Assembly: GCA_030646915.1 (NCBI GenBank)
Contig: JAUSKT010000021.1
Location: 19,707-83,706 of the forward strand
Length of the DNA: 64,000 nucleotides
Direction: 5' to 3'
Source of the DNA: a bacterium
GTDB lineage: Bacteria > Patescibacteriota > Minisyncoccia > UBA6257 > 02-FULL-45-10c
Part shown: positions 8,886 to 18,734 of the stretch, piece by piece
Layout of the letters: each line of letters opens with the position of its first letter
Numbering within the stretch: the first letter of the stretch is position 1
The notes under the pieces: model-generated
Databases searched by the model: none
What the model was told of the DNA's origin: nothing
What the model saw: only the letters and a program-made list of their open reading frames with translations
Made by a program: the position numbers and the translations under genes

Positions 8886-9077
8886 TAAATATCGGGAAAT
8901 TATTCTTTTGCTGAGGTCGATCCTTTGAATAGCGAAAGCGAAACAGGGGATAAGCAAAAAGGAGTAATTTTTTAAAAAGATTAACAAAATTAATAAATAA
9001 TATAAATTTTCTTCTTAGGTTTGAACGTCGATAATTTAGATCTAAAGAGAAAAAGGTCAAATAAAAATAAATTAAAT

Positions 9078-12000
9078 ATGAGTAAAAAATTAATACAAAA
9101 AGTTTCTACAACTGTAGTATCTATTGCTACAGTCGTTTCGCTTTCAGGCGCAGGAGCTTTGCTTCCAATGACAGTTAGTGGCGCAACCACAGCTGACTTG
9201 CAAGCACAGATTACTGCTTTGTTAGCGTCAGTAGCAGCTTTGCAAGCTCAATTAGGTTCAGCAACTTCTGGAACTTCCAGCGCTGCTTCAGCTACCTTAT
9301 TGTCTTCCGGGAACCTCACTCTCGGCAGCAAAGGAGCAGCAGTTATGGATTTACAGAAATTTTTGAATGCTAGTGGCGCGCAAGTTTCTGCTAGTGGCGC
9401 TGGCTCTCCTGGAAATGAAACTTCTTTCTTTGGTCCTGCGACCAGAGCAGCTCTTGCCAAGTGGCAGGCGGCTAATGGCGTTTCCCCAGCGGTTGGATAT
9501 TTTGGCGCGATCTCTCGTGCAAAAATGGCTTCTGTTGGTGGAACAACTGGCGGAACAACTGGCGGAACAACTGGCGGAACAACTGGAACAACTCCAGCCC
9601 CAGTAGTCCCAGCAGGCACTGGTTTGACGGTTACTTTAGCCGCAGATCAGCCAGCTCCAACATTAGCTCCTCGTTCAGCCGCCCGAATTCCATTCACTAA
9701 AATTCAATTAACCGCATCTGCCGACGGCGATGTAACGGTTAGTTCCTTAGTTGTGGAAAGAAAGGGTTTAGCTGAAGACGGCGCTCTTACTGGAATTCTT
9801 TTAGTAGATGAGAATGGAATTCAATTGGGCCTCAAAAAGACCTTGAATTCTTCCCATCAGGCTACTGTCGGTGAATCAATTGTGGTAAAAGCCGGTCAAA
9901 CTAGAACTTTGACTGTTGCCGCAAATAGAGACACTGCAGGCAGCCGTGGCGGTCAAACCGTTATGTTATCTGTTGTTGGAGTGAATACTTCAGCCGCAGT
10001 TAATGCAACCTTGCCGTTAAATGGAACCACTCAGACCATCAACGAAACCTTAACAATTGGTGACGTTACTATGGCTCGGGGCGGTAATGACCCAGGCACT
10101 AGCCGGACTAAGGAAATCGGTACTACCGGTTATACTTTTTCTTCGGTTAGAGTAACTGCTGGTTCAGCGGAAAAAGTTATTTTGAAGTCTATCCGATGGA
10201 ACCAGACTGGTTCTGCCGGCTCCGGTGATTTAAAGAACATCAAGTCTCTTGTTGATGGTGTTTCTTATGACACTGTGGTCAGCACTGACGGTAAATACTA
10301 CACTTCAACTTTTGGAGTCGGTATTTTAATGGACAAAGGTTCAATTAAAGATGTTTCTATTAAGGGTGATATTGAGGGGGGTTCTTTAAGAACTGTTGAC
10401 TTTGATATCGCGAAGATGACTGATCTCTTTGTAACCGGAGAAAACTTCGGCTACGGCATTGTTCCTCCACAAACTGGAACATCAGCTGCGACAGCTGACT
10501 CAGCCAATTTTAATAACACGGAAGATCCGTGGTATGATGCGGCTCAAGTTACTGTCAGTTCCGGGACTATGTCGGTAAGCAACTGGGCGGGCGTTCCGTC
10601 TCAGAATCTCGCCATTAATCTCGGCGGCCAGCCATTGGCTGGTTGGACGGTTGATGCAAAAGGCGAGCCAATCAGTGTTAGTAGTTTAAAGGTTACTTTA
10701 TACGGAGTTGGCACTACTAATGGAGTAGATGACTTAACTACCATATATTTGCAAAATGAAGCAGGAAAAATCTTAGCTGGTCCGATTGACGTTGCCAGCA
10801 CTGCCACAAATAATGCAATTATTACCTTTACTGACACTATTACTTTCCCAGTTGGAATAACTAACCTTACTTTAAAAGGTAAGCTGGGAACTGGTTTTAG
10901 CAATAATGACACCATTGCTGCTTCTACCACTCCAGGCGGTTGGACGACTACTGGTCAGACAACTGGATACTCAATTACTGCGACTCCGAGTACTGCTTTA
11001 GAGGGTCAGACAATGACTGCTAAGGGCTTAGCGCTGACTATCAGCGTTCAATCCACTCCAGCAGCTCAATCGATTGTCGGCGGAGCTCAAGGATTTGAGT
11101 TTACCCGATACACCTTTGATGCTTCTCAATCAGGCGAAGATGCCAAAATGAGCAGCGTTAATCTTGCAATTGACTACTCTGGCACAACTTCGGATAAACT
11201 ATCCGGTTGCCAGTTATGGGATGGCGTAACCGCTCTTAATACCGGCGGAAGCAATGTAGTAGACCCTACCGCAACTGCTTCTTCAACGGCATTTACTTTT
11301 GACACGCCATTAGTAGTTCCAAAAGGGACATCTAAGACGCTTTCTCTTAAATGCAATACGGAAACAGTTTCCGCTACTACGAATTATCGTTGGGGCATTG
11401 ATACCGATGCTTCATACACAGTAACAGGCTTAACTTCTGGACAATCAATTACTGACACGACTGTTGTGCCAGCCGCTAATAATAGCATTGGCCAATTAAT
11501 GTCTTTGACTACCGGCGGTTCTTACACCGTTACTGATGAAGATACCCCGGCTTACAGAATTGTAACGCCTGGCGCAGAAGAAACTTTGGGAAGATTGGCA
11601 TTCCAAGCCTCAACCGAGGCGATTGATGTCAGGGCAGTAGCGCTTAAATTAACCGGCGGTGCTTCTAATACCCCTAAAGATCTTCTTAACTTAAAGGTTA
11701 AGTTCTATGATGCGGCTAATCCTTCGGTTTCGATTGGTGAAGCTAATTTCGTAAATGAAGGGGATACTGCTACCGGCACGCTTGCCGTAGGAAGCTTTAA
11801 GGTGGAAAAAGGATACGGCGCGAGAAAGATACTTCTTATAAAAGGCACTATTGCTGACATCAGCGATGTTGCTTATGGGAATTATCAACTTACTGCGTCC
11901 GGCGACCTTCTTAAGGTTGATTACGATGGCGCTGCGGTTGGTTTGGCAAACGGCAACTACGGTGTTGGTTCGGCTGGCAATGTTTCCGGTCCGACCACTA

Positions 12001-12680
12001 ATACTACGTTAGCCGGCGTAAGGATAATGAAAGCAAAACCTGTTTTTGCTAAATTATCTTTGCCGAAAAATACCATCGCTGGCAACGCGGACCAGAGTGT
12101 GTACCGATTCTCTGTAGCAGCCACTAATGGAAATGTGGATCTTTATAAGGTCACATTCACTGTTGGCTCTTCAACGGTTTCGGCAACCACATCAGATTAT
12201 AAACTGTATGCCTTTACTGGTGCTGGCTTTAGCGGAGCGCTTCCGGGCTGGGCTGATTCTACTGGCTTATTGAATGCTGGCGGTTGCACGGATGGTTTAT
12301 CCGACACTTCTCCACAACGTTTAACTCTGAATGTTTATATGGATCAAACTGGCTGTGCTCAGGGTACTACTACCTTGAAGATTCCGATGGGGTCAACGTA
12401 TTACTTTGACTTGCATGCAACATTTGGCTCTGTTAGGACCACTACTGGATCTGAAAATATCAGCTTCCAATTAGAAGGCGATAGCGCTTTCCCAGTGAAT
12501 TCTTCTAACTTGATGCAACAAGCAAGTGGAGTTGATGGTGATGTTAGTGATGACCTTATCTGGTCACCGCGTTCAACAACCAGTCCTTCAGTTAGTAATC
12601 TTGACTTTACGAACGGAAATGGCGTTGATGGCTTGCCAGCTTCTAACATGAATCAGGAGACCCTAACGTTCACTCTGTAA
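9078..12680 (+). CDS. large cell-surface (S-layer-like) protein: signal peptide, peptidoglycan-binding domain, GGTT repeat linker, roughly 1000-aa Thr/Ser/Gly/Ala-rich beta-rich region
   Basis: Signal peptide MSKKLIQKVSTTVVSIATVVSLSGAGALLPMTVSGA. PG_binding_1-like segment LGSKGAAVMDLQKFLNASG...FGPATRAALAKWQAANGV. (GGTT)4. Almost no Cys. 460-nt upstream leader. Start moved from the track value (9021) to the ATG at 9078 in the same frame. Confidence 0.8.
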   Translation: MSKKLIQKVSTTVVSIATVVSLSGAGALLPMTVSGATTADLQAQITALLASVAALQAQLGSATSGTSSAASATLLSSGNLTLGSKGAAVMDLQKFLNASGAQVSASGAGSPGNETSFFGPATRAALAKWQAANGVSPAVGYFGAISRAKMASVGGTTGGTTGGTTGGTTGTTPAPVVPAGTGLTVTLAADQPAPTLAPRSAARIPFTKIQLTASADGDVTVSSLVVERKGLAEDGALTGILLVDENGIQLGLKKTLNSSHQATVGESIVVKAGQTRTLTVAANRDTAGSRGGQTVMLSVVGVNTSAAVNATLPLNGTTQTINETLTIGDVTMARGGNDPGTSRTKEIGTTGYTFSSVRVTAGSAEKVILKSIRWNQTGSAGSGDLKNIKSLVDGVSYDTVVSTDGKYYTSTFGVGILMDKGSIKDVSIKGDIEGGSLRTVDFDIAKMTDLFVTGENFGYGIVPPQTGTSAATADSANFNNTEDPWYDAAQVTVSSGTMSVSNWAGVPSQNLAINLGGQPLAGWTVDAKGEPISVSSLKVTLYGVGTTNGVDDLTTIYLQNEAGKILAGPIDVASTATNNAIITFTDTITFPVGITNLTLKGKLGTGFSNNDTIAASTTPGGWTTTGQTTGYSITATPSTALEGQTMTAKGLALTISVQSTPAAQSIVGGAQGFEFTRYTFDASQSGEDAKMSSVNLAIDYSGTTSDKLSGCQLWDGVTALNTGGSNVVDPTATASSTAFTFDTPLVVPKGTSKTLSLKCNTETVSATTNYRWGIDTDASYTVTGLTSGQSITDTTVVPAANNSIGQLMSLTTGGSYTVTDEDTPAYRIVTPGAEETLGRLAFQASTEAIDVRAVALKLTGGASNTPKDLLNLKVKFYDAANPSVSIGEANFVNEGDTATGTLAVGSFKVEKGYGARKILLIKGTIADISDVAYGNYQLTASGDLLKVDYDGAAVGLANGNYGVGSAGNVSGPTTNTTLAGVRIMKAKPVFAKLSLPKNTIAGNADQSVYRFSVAATNGNVDLYKVTFTVGSSTVSATTSDYKLYAFTGAGFSGALPGWADSTGLLNAGGCTDGLSDTSPQRLTLNVYMDQTGCAQGTTTLKIPMGSTYYFDLHATFGSVRTTTGSENISFQLEGDSAFPVNSSNLMQQASGVDGDVSDDLIWSPRSTTSPSVSNLDFTNGNGVDGLPASNMNQETLTFTL
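9541..9590 (+). repeat. 12-nt tandem repeat (GGCGGAACAACT) x4 encoding a GGTT linker
   Basis: Direct read of the sequence. The LAEQLAEQ ORF at 9367-9606 is the out-of-frame shadow of this repeat. Confidence 0.9.
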
Positions 12681-12705
12681 TCTAATATCTTGAGACTATT
12701 AGTAC

Positions 12706-12738
12706 AAAAACTCCCCTTTTGGGGAGTTTTTGTTTTTG
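12706..12738 (+). terminator. rho-independent terminator
   Basis: aaaaactcccc-tttt-ggggagttttt followed by a T-run. Confidence 0.8.
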
Positions 12739-12762
12739 CTAATATGATGTATGATATAAATT

Positions 12763-13485
12763 ATGAAAAAATTATTTATTCTACTATTATTAATTATTAT
12801 CACTGGAGCCGCCTGGTTTATTTTTAAAGATTTTCAATTAACAAATCAACCCAAGACAAATGCGCCTAGTGAACTTATTAACCCAGTATCATCAGAGGTT
12901 CAAAACCAAACATCTGCGATTCCCGATCTTAATCGTTCTATTGCTGTTTCAGCAGACCTTTCCGCAGATTCTAAAAAGAAATCTATTGAGGTTATCAAGA
13001 ATGTTTCCGAACAATTAAAAAAGAACCCCGATGTTCTTGATGGCTGGCTGATTCTTGGTTTGTACAGGCGGGAAATAGGAGACGCGGAAGGCGCGGCCGA
13101 GGCGTGGAAATATCTGACAACGATCCGCCCTAAGGATGCCAGAGCTTTTAGCAATCTTGCCGGTCTTTATTCTCACGAACTTAAAGATTATCCAAAAGCA
13201 GAGGAGTGGTATAACCAAGGCATCAAAGCCGACTCCAATGCAGTTTATCTTTATTTTTCTTTAGCCGAATTTTATCAATATTTTACAAAAGAAATAGAAA
13301 AAGTTGACGACGTATTTTTATTGGGCTTAAAAAATAATCCGGGCGATCTTAGCCTGATTTCCCAATTAGCTTACTTTTATAAAAGTATCGGAGAAAAAGA
13401 AAAAGCTCTAGATTATTTTAAAAAATTGGTTGCCTTAGATCCTTCTAATGATAAGGCAAAACAAGAGCTTGAGAATTTGAGATAG
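12763..13485 (+). CDS. membrane-anchored TPR-repeat protein
   Basis: N-terminal transmembrane segment. TPR-like AEAWKYLTTIRPKDARAFSNLAGLY and KAEEWYNQGIKADSNAVYLYFSLAEFY. Confidence 0.7.
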   Translation: MKKLFILLLLIIITGAAWFIFKDFQLTNQPKTNAPSELINPVSSEVQNQTSAIPDLNRSIAVSADLSADSKKKSIEVIKNVSEQLKKNPDVLDGWLILGLYRREIGDAEGAAEAWKYLTTIRPKDARAFSNLAGLYSHELKDYPKAEEWYNQGIKADSNAVYLYFSLAEFYQYFTKEIEKVDDVFLLGLKNNPGDLSLISQLAYFYKSIGEKEKALDYFKKLVALDPSNDKAKQELENLR

Positions 13486-13564
13486 GTTCTAGATATTCTT
13501 TATAATCGTCCAAATCCCGATAAACCCGTCTTTAAAAGAATCTTTTTTGATCAAAAGATAAAAT

Positions 13565-15271
13565 ATGAATAAAATAGGAAAATATTTTTTAGGGATTCAG
13601 CCATTTAAAATTTTAATTTTTATTATTTTGATTCTTGCCTTTTTGTTAAGATTTTGGAATGTTTGGAATCAAGATTTGTTCGGAGATGAAGCGCCGGACG
13701 CTTTTCGGGCAATTGGATATATAGATTATTTAGGCACTAGTTTTCAGACTCAGCCGATTGATTGGTACAAAAATACCGCTTTGCCCTGGTGGACCAGCCT
13801 TTCCTTCCACGATTTTCCGCCGCTGGCGATGATAATTCAGCACGCTTTTTTTGCGGTTTTTGGAGATTCGCTTTTAGTTGCCCGGTTGCCGGCGATAATT
13901 TTAGGAGTAATTTCGGTTTTTTTACTCTATTTAATCGCTAAAAAGTTTTTCGAAAATGAGATTTTGGCTTTATTTTCGGCCTTATTTTTCGCCATTAATA
14001 GCGAGATGGTATGGATTTTTCGTACTAGCATGCTAGAACCTATATTGCTATTTTTTATTTTGCTTAATATTTATTTTTTTTATCAGTTTATTTATGAAAA
14101 TAAATCCGGGCATTACTGGTGGCTTTTTGGAATAAGCTTGGGGCTGGTAACCTTGACTAAATACACAGGGGTTTTTTTGCTCCCGGTTTATATTCTTTAT
14201 ATTTTGATAACTAAAAGAGAAATTTTTAAAAATTGGAGATTGTATGCCGCTTTCCTTTTGGCCATCCTTTTATTTTTGCCGGTAATTATTTATAATATTT
14301 ATCTTTATAAAGCTACCGGGCATTTTGATTTGCAGATTTCCTATTTTCTTGGACAGGAGACGCCGGAATGGACGGGTTTAGTGGGGAAGATTCAATCGCC
14401 TTTTTCTGACATTCTTAAAAATTTGATGTTTCAGCAAAAAGATTCTGCCCCAAATTCCGTATGGCCGGTAGGTTATTATGGTTTGCCAGCTATTTTAGCT
14501 GTTTTGGGCGGAATAGTTTATTCCCTCCAAGATTTTCTTAAAAAGAAATTTAAAGGATTTGTATTTTTCAGCTTATATTTTATTTTTGTGACTTTGCTTT
14601 TGTTTAAAATCGGATCAGCGCATCGGTTTTTGGCCCTATATGGCCCCGCTTTTGCTATTTTTGCCGGTTATCTAGTGAATTCCCTATGGAATTTAAAAAT
14701 AAAAAAAGGAGTTGGTTTAGCATTTAAGGCGCTAATATTCATATTTTTTATTTGGGAATTATCTCATTCAATAAATACCAATTTTATTCAATATCCGAAT
14801 TATGGCATGGCTAATCTGGATAATTTTTTTAGAAATGAATTTCGAGGTAGAGAATCCGCGGTAGTTCCAGAATCGGATAATCCGCATTTAAATGACGTGA
14901 TTGGGGAATTTGTTGACAAAAAATCAGCTAATGCGCCGCGCGCCCTATGGCTGGTCATTTATAATGATAATGTCGCCCTGCCTACTTTGGAGTGGATTTA
15001 TTATAAAATGTTTTTTTATCACAGTATCCCGGCCATGTATGTTGAGAATTTTAATAAAGCAGTGAGTATTCAGGGTTCAGATTATTTTAAGGGCTTTGAT
15101 ATTTATTTTGTCCAAAGCACGGAAAATACTCCTTTGAATCAATTTAAAAAAGAGAAAACTGCCGGCTTGGAGTTTGAGAATCGCCTGCAAAAAATGGGAT
15201 TGCAGCCGATGAAAATTATTCACGGTCAAAATAATCTGCCGATGTTCAGAATCTATAAATTTTCTTTATAG
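13565..15271 (+). CDS. polytopic membrane glycosyltransferase, GT-C fold (ArnT/PMT-like, GT39/GT83-type)
   Basis: FGDEAPD acidic motif in the first extracytoplasmic loop. More than 10 predicted transmembrane helices. 568 aa. Confidence 0.7.
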   Translation: MNKIGKYFLGIQPFKILIFIILILAFLLRFWNVWNQDLFGDEAPDAFRAIGYIDYLGTSFQTQPIDWYKNTALPWWTSLSFHDFPPLAMIIQHAFFAVFGDSLLVARLPAIILGVISVFLLYLIAKKFFENEILALFSALFFAINSEMVWIFRTSMLEPILLFFILLNIYFFYQFIYENKSGHYWWLFGISLGLVTLTKYTGVFLLPVYILYILITKREIFKNWRLYAAFLLAILLFLPVIIYNIYLYKATGHFDLQISYFLGQETPEWTGLVGKIQSPFSDILKNLMFQQKDSAPNSVWPVGYYGLPAILAVLGGIVYSLQDFLKKKFKGFVFFSLYFIFVTLLLFKIGSAHRFLALYGPAFAIFAGYLVNSLWNLKIKKGVGLAFKALIFIFFIWELSHSINTNFIQYPNYGMANLDNFFRNEFRGRESAVVPESDNPHLNDVIGEFVDKKSANAPRALWLVIYNDNVALPTLEWIYYKMFFYHSIPAMYVENFNKAVSIQGSDYFKGFDIYFVQSTENTPLNQFKKEKTAGLEFENRLQKMGLQPMKIIHGQNNLPMFRIYKFSL

Positions 15272-16395
15272 ACCGATTCAGTTTTAGATACCATTTTCTC
15301 TAAGCTGAATTTTTCCAATACTGCTTTTTGAGCCATTTTTCCCAATTCGTTGCCAATAGTTTTGTTAGTTATTAATCCATTGATGGCCCCTGCGAGTATC
15401 GCCGAATCTTTTTGCGCTACCATTAATCCATTCTCATGATTTTTAATCATTTCCGGTATACCGCCAGCTTCCGTAACCACAATTGGCAATTCCGCCGCCA
15501 TCGCTTCCAGTAATATATAGGGCAGTCCCTCTTTGATTGAAGACATAACGAAAATATCAAAAGCTTTTAGGTATTCGGCGTCATTTCCAGTCGGATTAAT
15601 AAAGAAAAATCTACTATTGACATTTGACATTTGACATTTGACGTTCAACTTTTTTAATTCTGGTCCTTCGCCGATTATAAAAAAATAAGCATTAGGAATT
15701 AGGGCGGCGGATTGAATGAGGGTTTCGTAATTTTTTTCTTTAACTAATCGGCCAATGGAGCCAATCCACGGATAATTGGAATTAGGAATTAGGAATTTGG
15801 AATTTGGAATTTTATTTGCTATTTCTTTCCGTGCTTCTTCTTTGGATAAAAATTTCATATTTGGATCAATGCCATTATGGATTGTAGTTAATTTATTTTT
15901 CGGCGCAATTTTGTATTTTAAGGCCAAATTATAGTCATATTCTGAAACGCAGATGATTTTATCTTGGAATAATGCGGAAAATTTATGAAGCAGAATATAA
16001 AACCAGCGGATTGGGAAAGATAATTCATTAGTTGGATTAAAAACCCAGCCATGGGCGGTGAAGACCACCTTCGGCGGCGAACATTTGACATTTAACATGT
16101 GACATTTGACTTTATAGATTTTGGCGGCCAAAGAGCCAAGAACTCCGGCCTTAGAACTATTCAGATGAATGATGTCCGGACGTTCTTTTTTGTATAATTT
16201 AATTAATTCTATTATTGCCAGCCAGTCATTTATAAAAAACGGCCAGATTTTATTGGAAAGCCAGCGGAGGTCTTTTTGGCCAAAAATAATTTTAGAATCA
16301 AATTGATTCTTATCTAAATTAGCAGACAAATCATGGACATATTTTTGAGCTCCGCCAATATCAGCCTTTGTAATTATATAGAGAACTTTTATCAT
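15253..16395 (-). CDS. glycosyltransferase family 4 (GT-B)
   Basis: EX7E motif EGLPYILLEAMAAELPIVVTEAGGIPEMI. Contains three in-frame heptamer blocks. Confidence 0.9.
   Translation of the reverse strand: MIKVLYIITKADIGGAQKYVHDLSANLDKNQFDSKIIFGQKDLRWLSNKIWPFFINDWLAIIELIKLYKKERPDIIHLNSSKAGVLGSLAAKIYKVKCHMLNVKCSPPKVVFTAHGWVFNPTNELSFPIRWFYILLHKFSALFQDKIICVSEYDYNLALKYKIAPKNKLTTIHNGIDPNMKFLSKEEARKEIANKIPNSKFLIPNSNYPWIGSIGRLVKEKNYETLIQSAALIPNAYFFIIGEGPELKKLNVKCQMSNVNSRFFFINPTGNDAEYLKAFDIFVMSSIKEGLPYILLEAMAAELPIVVTEAGGIPEMIKNHENGLMVAQKDSAILAGAINGLITNKTIGNELGKMAQKAVLEKFSLEKMVSKTESVYKENL
15617..15644 (-). repeat. 4 x heptamer block (TTGACAT x3 + TTGACGT on the top strand; GTCAAAT on the sense strand), encoding NVKCQMSNV
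   Basis: Direct read of the sequence. Confidence 0.85.
15781..15815 (-). repeat. 5 x heptamer block ATTAGGA ATTAGGA ATTTGGA ATTTGGA ATTTTAT (encodes IPNSKFLIPNS); a further ATTAGGA ATTAGGG pair lies at 15691-15704
   Basis: Direct read of the sequence. Confidence 0.85.
16081..16108 (-). repeat. 4 x heptamer block ACATTTG ACATTTA ACATGTG ACATTTG (encodes HMLNVKCSP)
   Basis: Direct read of the sequence. Confidence 0.85.
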
Positions 16396-16427
16396 TTTAT
16401 TAGTTATATAATATAATTATAACTCGT

Positions 16428-17612
16428 ATGTTTAATAAAAATCCTCAAATAGCCGTTTTCTCGTTTGCTTATCATCCTTTTGAGGGGGGCGCTGAAATAG
16501 CCATAAGAGAGGTAATAAAGCGGCTTTTGGGTCTTAATTTTACTATTTTTACCTATAAATTTAATCGAAGCTGGTCCCCAAAAGAACGAAATGGCAATGT
16601 CGAAATTTTTCGGCTAGGGAGGGGAAGCAGATCTGGCAAATTATATGGCCGAATTTGGAGCAAGATTTTTTATATTTTTAAAGCTTTAGCTGAAGCAGAA
16701 AATTTGCATCAGCGGGAACGTTTTGACGCAATTTGGGCAGTCATGGCTTCTTATGGCGGTGTTGCAGCTTTATTTTTTAAATTAAAGCATCCAAAAGTGC
16801 CATTATTTTTAACTATTCAAGAAGGCGATTCGGAGCGGCATATGGTTTTGGGAAAATTTGGATTGGTGGGATTTTTAGGAAAAAGAATTATTAAAAATGC
16901 TGATTATATACAAGTAATCAGCAATTATTTAAAAGAGTTTGTAAAAAAAAGAGGCGCTGAATCGCCCATAGAGGTTATTCCTAATGGAGTAGATTTGGAA
17001 TTATTCAGCACCAAATATAGCAATGCGGAATTAAAGGCAATCCGTGAAAATTTAGGATTGAAAGATGAGTATGTCGTCATTACTACTTCCCGGCTGGTTT
17101 ATAAAAATGCAGTGGATGTTTTGATTGAAGCTATTGCGATTTGTAAAAGTAAAATGTTGAATATTAAATGTTTGGTTATCGGAGGCGGGCCGGAAAAAGA
17201 TAAGCTGAAATCCCAATGTAAAAAGTTAAAAGTTGATAACGATGTTATTTTTTTGGGGCAGATTCCCCAGCGGGACTTGCCCTTGTATTTGAAAGTTTCA
17301 GATCTCTTTGCAAGGCCTTCGCGTTCTGAGGGATTGGGGAGTTCTTTTTTAGAGGCGATGGCTGCCGGAATTCCGGTAATTGGTACTCCAGTAGGCGGAA
17401 TAGTGGATTTTTTAAAGGATGGCGAAACTGGTTTTTATGTGAAAGTTAATGATCCAAAAGATTTGGCAGATAAAATTTCTAAGGCTTTACGGGATCCGGA
17501 ACTTCGAAAGAAGGTTATCCATAACAGCCAGGTTTTAATCAGAGAAAATTATTCTTGGGATAAAATTGCGATTTTATTTAAAAATATTTTTGATCGCTTA
17601 ATCAATTTTTAA
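16428..17612 (+). CDS. glycosyltransferase family 4 (GT-B)
   Basis: EGLGSSFLEAMAAGIPVIGTPVGGIVDFL. A degenerate 7-nt periodic stretch at 17143-17175 encodes KSKMLNIKC. Confidence 0.9.
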   Translation: MFNKNPQIAVFSFAYHPFEGGAEIAIREVIKRLLGLNFTIFTYKFNRSWSPKERNGNVEIFRLGRGSRSGKLYGRIWSKIFYIFKALAEAENLHQRERFDAIWAVMASYGGVAALFFKLKHPKVPLFLTIQEGDSERHMVLGKFGLVGFLGKRIIKNADYIQVISNYLKEFVKKRGAESPIEVIPNGVDLELFSTKYSNAELKAIRENLGLKDEYVVITTSRLVYKNAVDVLIEAIAICKSKMLNIKCLVIGGGPEKDKLKSQCKKLKVDNDVIFLGQIPQRDLPLYLKVSDLFARPSRSEGLGSSFLEAMAAGIPVIGTPVGGIVDFLKDGETGFYVKVNDPKDLADKISKALRDPELRKKVIHNSQVLIRENYSWDKIAILFKNIFDRLINF

Positions 17613-17618
17613 TAATTT

Positions 17619-18734
17619 ATGTCAAAAAGAATTTTAATTGCAACTGGAATTTTCCCGCCGGATATAGGCGGTCCCGCGCTTTACAGCCAGAAATTGGCAG
17701 AAGAATTTTTAAAATTCGGAAAAAAAGTTACGGTACTTACTTACGGCAAAGGGTTTTTAAAAAGCAGCGATTATAAAATATTTGGCGTTTCCCGGTTGTG
17801 GCCTTCTGGAATTCGGCAGTTAATTTATCTTTTTAAATTATTGATTCAAGTTAAGGAATCAGACGCTTTATTAGCTATGGATTCTTTGGGTGCTGGTTTG
17901 CCAGCAGTTATAGCAGGAATTTTATTTAATAAAAAAGTGATTATTCGGATGGGGGGGGATTTTTTATGGGAAAAATTCGTTGAGTTTGGGCAAGGCAATG
18001 TTACTTTGACTGAATTTTATAAAAAAAATCTTCATAAAAGATTTCCTTTTTTGAATCGCTTGATAACTTTTACTTTAAAAGGGGCGAGTGCGGTTGTTTT
18101 TACCACCGATTTTCAAAAAGAAATATTTTTAGCCCATTACGGATTAAATCCCGACAAAACTTTTGTAGCGAGCAATGTTTTTAAAAAAGAAGCGGGCAAG
18201 ATCCAGCCCGAAAATATTGCAAAAACCATTTTGTGGGCAGGGCGTTTTTTAAAACTGAAGAATTTAGATTTTTTGTTGAAAATTTTTAAGCGCCTGCTGC
18301 CTTATAATCAAAACCTATCTTTAGAATTAGTTGGCGACGGTCCGGAAAAAAAGCGGATTGAAAAAATGGTTAAATCGGAAAAATTAGATGGGAAAGTTAA
18401 GATAAGCCCCGTAGCAGACAAATCGGCTGTAGCTGCTAAAATTATAAGCTCTTATTTTTGCATTTTGCCTTCTTTATCTGAAGTTAGCCCTAATTTTGCC
18501 CTGGAGTGTTTAGGCGCAGACAAGCCCGTCATTATTACCCAAGAAACCGGAATAAAAGAACAATTTCCCGGACTTATGTATGCCGATCCGAAGAAAGAAG
18601 ACAGTTTTTTTTCGGCCGCCCTTAGGCTGCTAGATAAAAATACATATTACAACTATCAAAAATTTATTTCTGAGATTTCTTATCAAAAGACCTGGCAGGA
18701 TTTAGCCAGTGAATATTTAAATTTATTAAAATGA
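17619..18734 (+). CDS. glycosyltransferase, GT-B fold (GT4-like, divergent)
   Basis: Two Rossmann-like halves. LVGDGPEKKRIEKM linker. C-terminal SEVSPNFALECLGADKPVII. Confidence 0.65.
   Translation: MSKRILIATGIFPPDIGGPALYSQKLAEEFLKFGKKVTVLTYGKGFLKSSDYKIFGVSRLWPSGIRQLIYLFKLLIQVKESDALLAMDSLGAGLPAVIAGILFNKKVIIRMGGDFLWEKFVEFGQGNVTLTEFYKKNLHKRFPFLNRLITFTLKGASAVVFTTDFQKEIFLAHYGLNPDKTFVASNVFKKEAGKIQPENIAKTILWAGRFLKLKNLDFLLKIFKRLLPYNQNLSLELVGDGPEKKRIEKMVKSEKLDGKVKISPVADKSAVAAKIISSYFCILPSLSEVSPNFALECLGADKPVIITQETGIKEQFPGLMYADPKKEDSFFSAALRLLDKNTYYNYQKFISEISYQKTWQDLASEYLNLLK

Noticed and set aside
3490-9077. tRNA or rRNA genes in the larger intergenic gaps.
   Set aside because: No T-loop (GGTTCGAATCC-like) or anticodon-arm signatures, and no rRNA-like conserved stretches, were seen in 3490-3680, 7560-7818 or 8536-9077.
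8791-9190. Minus-strand ORFs 8791-9060 and 8990-9190 upstream of the surface-protein gene.
   Set aside because: AT-rich leader region with low-complexity translation; more likely non-coding 5' leader.
9541-9590. Regular short direct repeats considered as a possible CRISPR array.
   Set aside because: The unit is 12 nt, there are no spacers, and it is in frame within a coding sequence. No CRISPR-like repeat-spacer architecture occurs anywhere in the window.
9367-9606. 79-aa ORF ending LAEQLAEQLAEQLEQLQ.
   Set aside because: It is an out-of-frame reading of the 12-nt GGCGGAACAACT tandem repeat inside the surface-protein gene.
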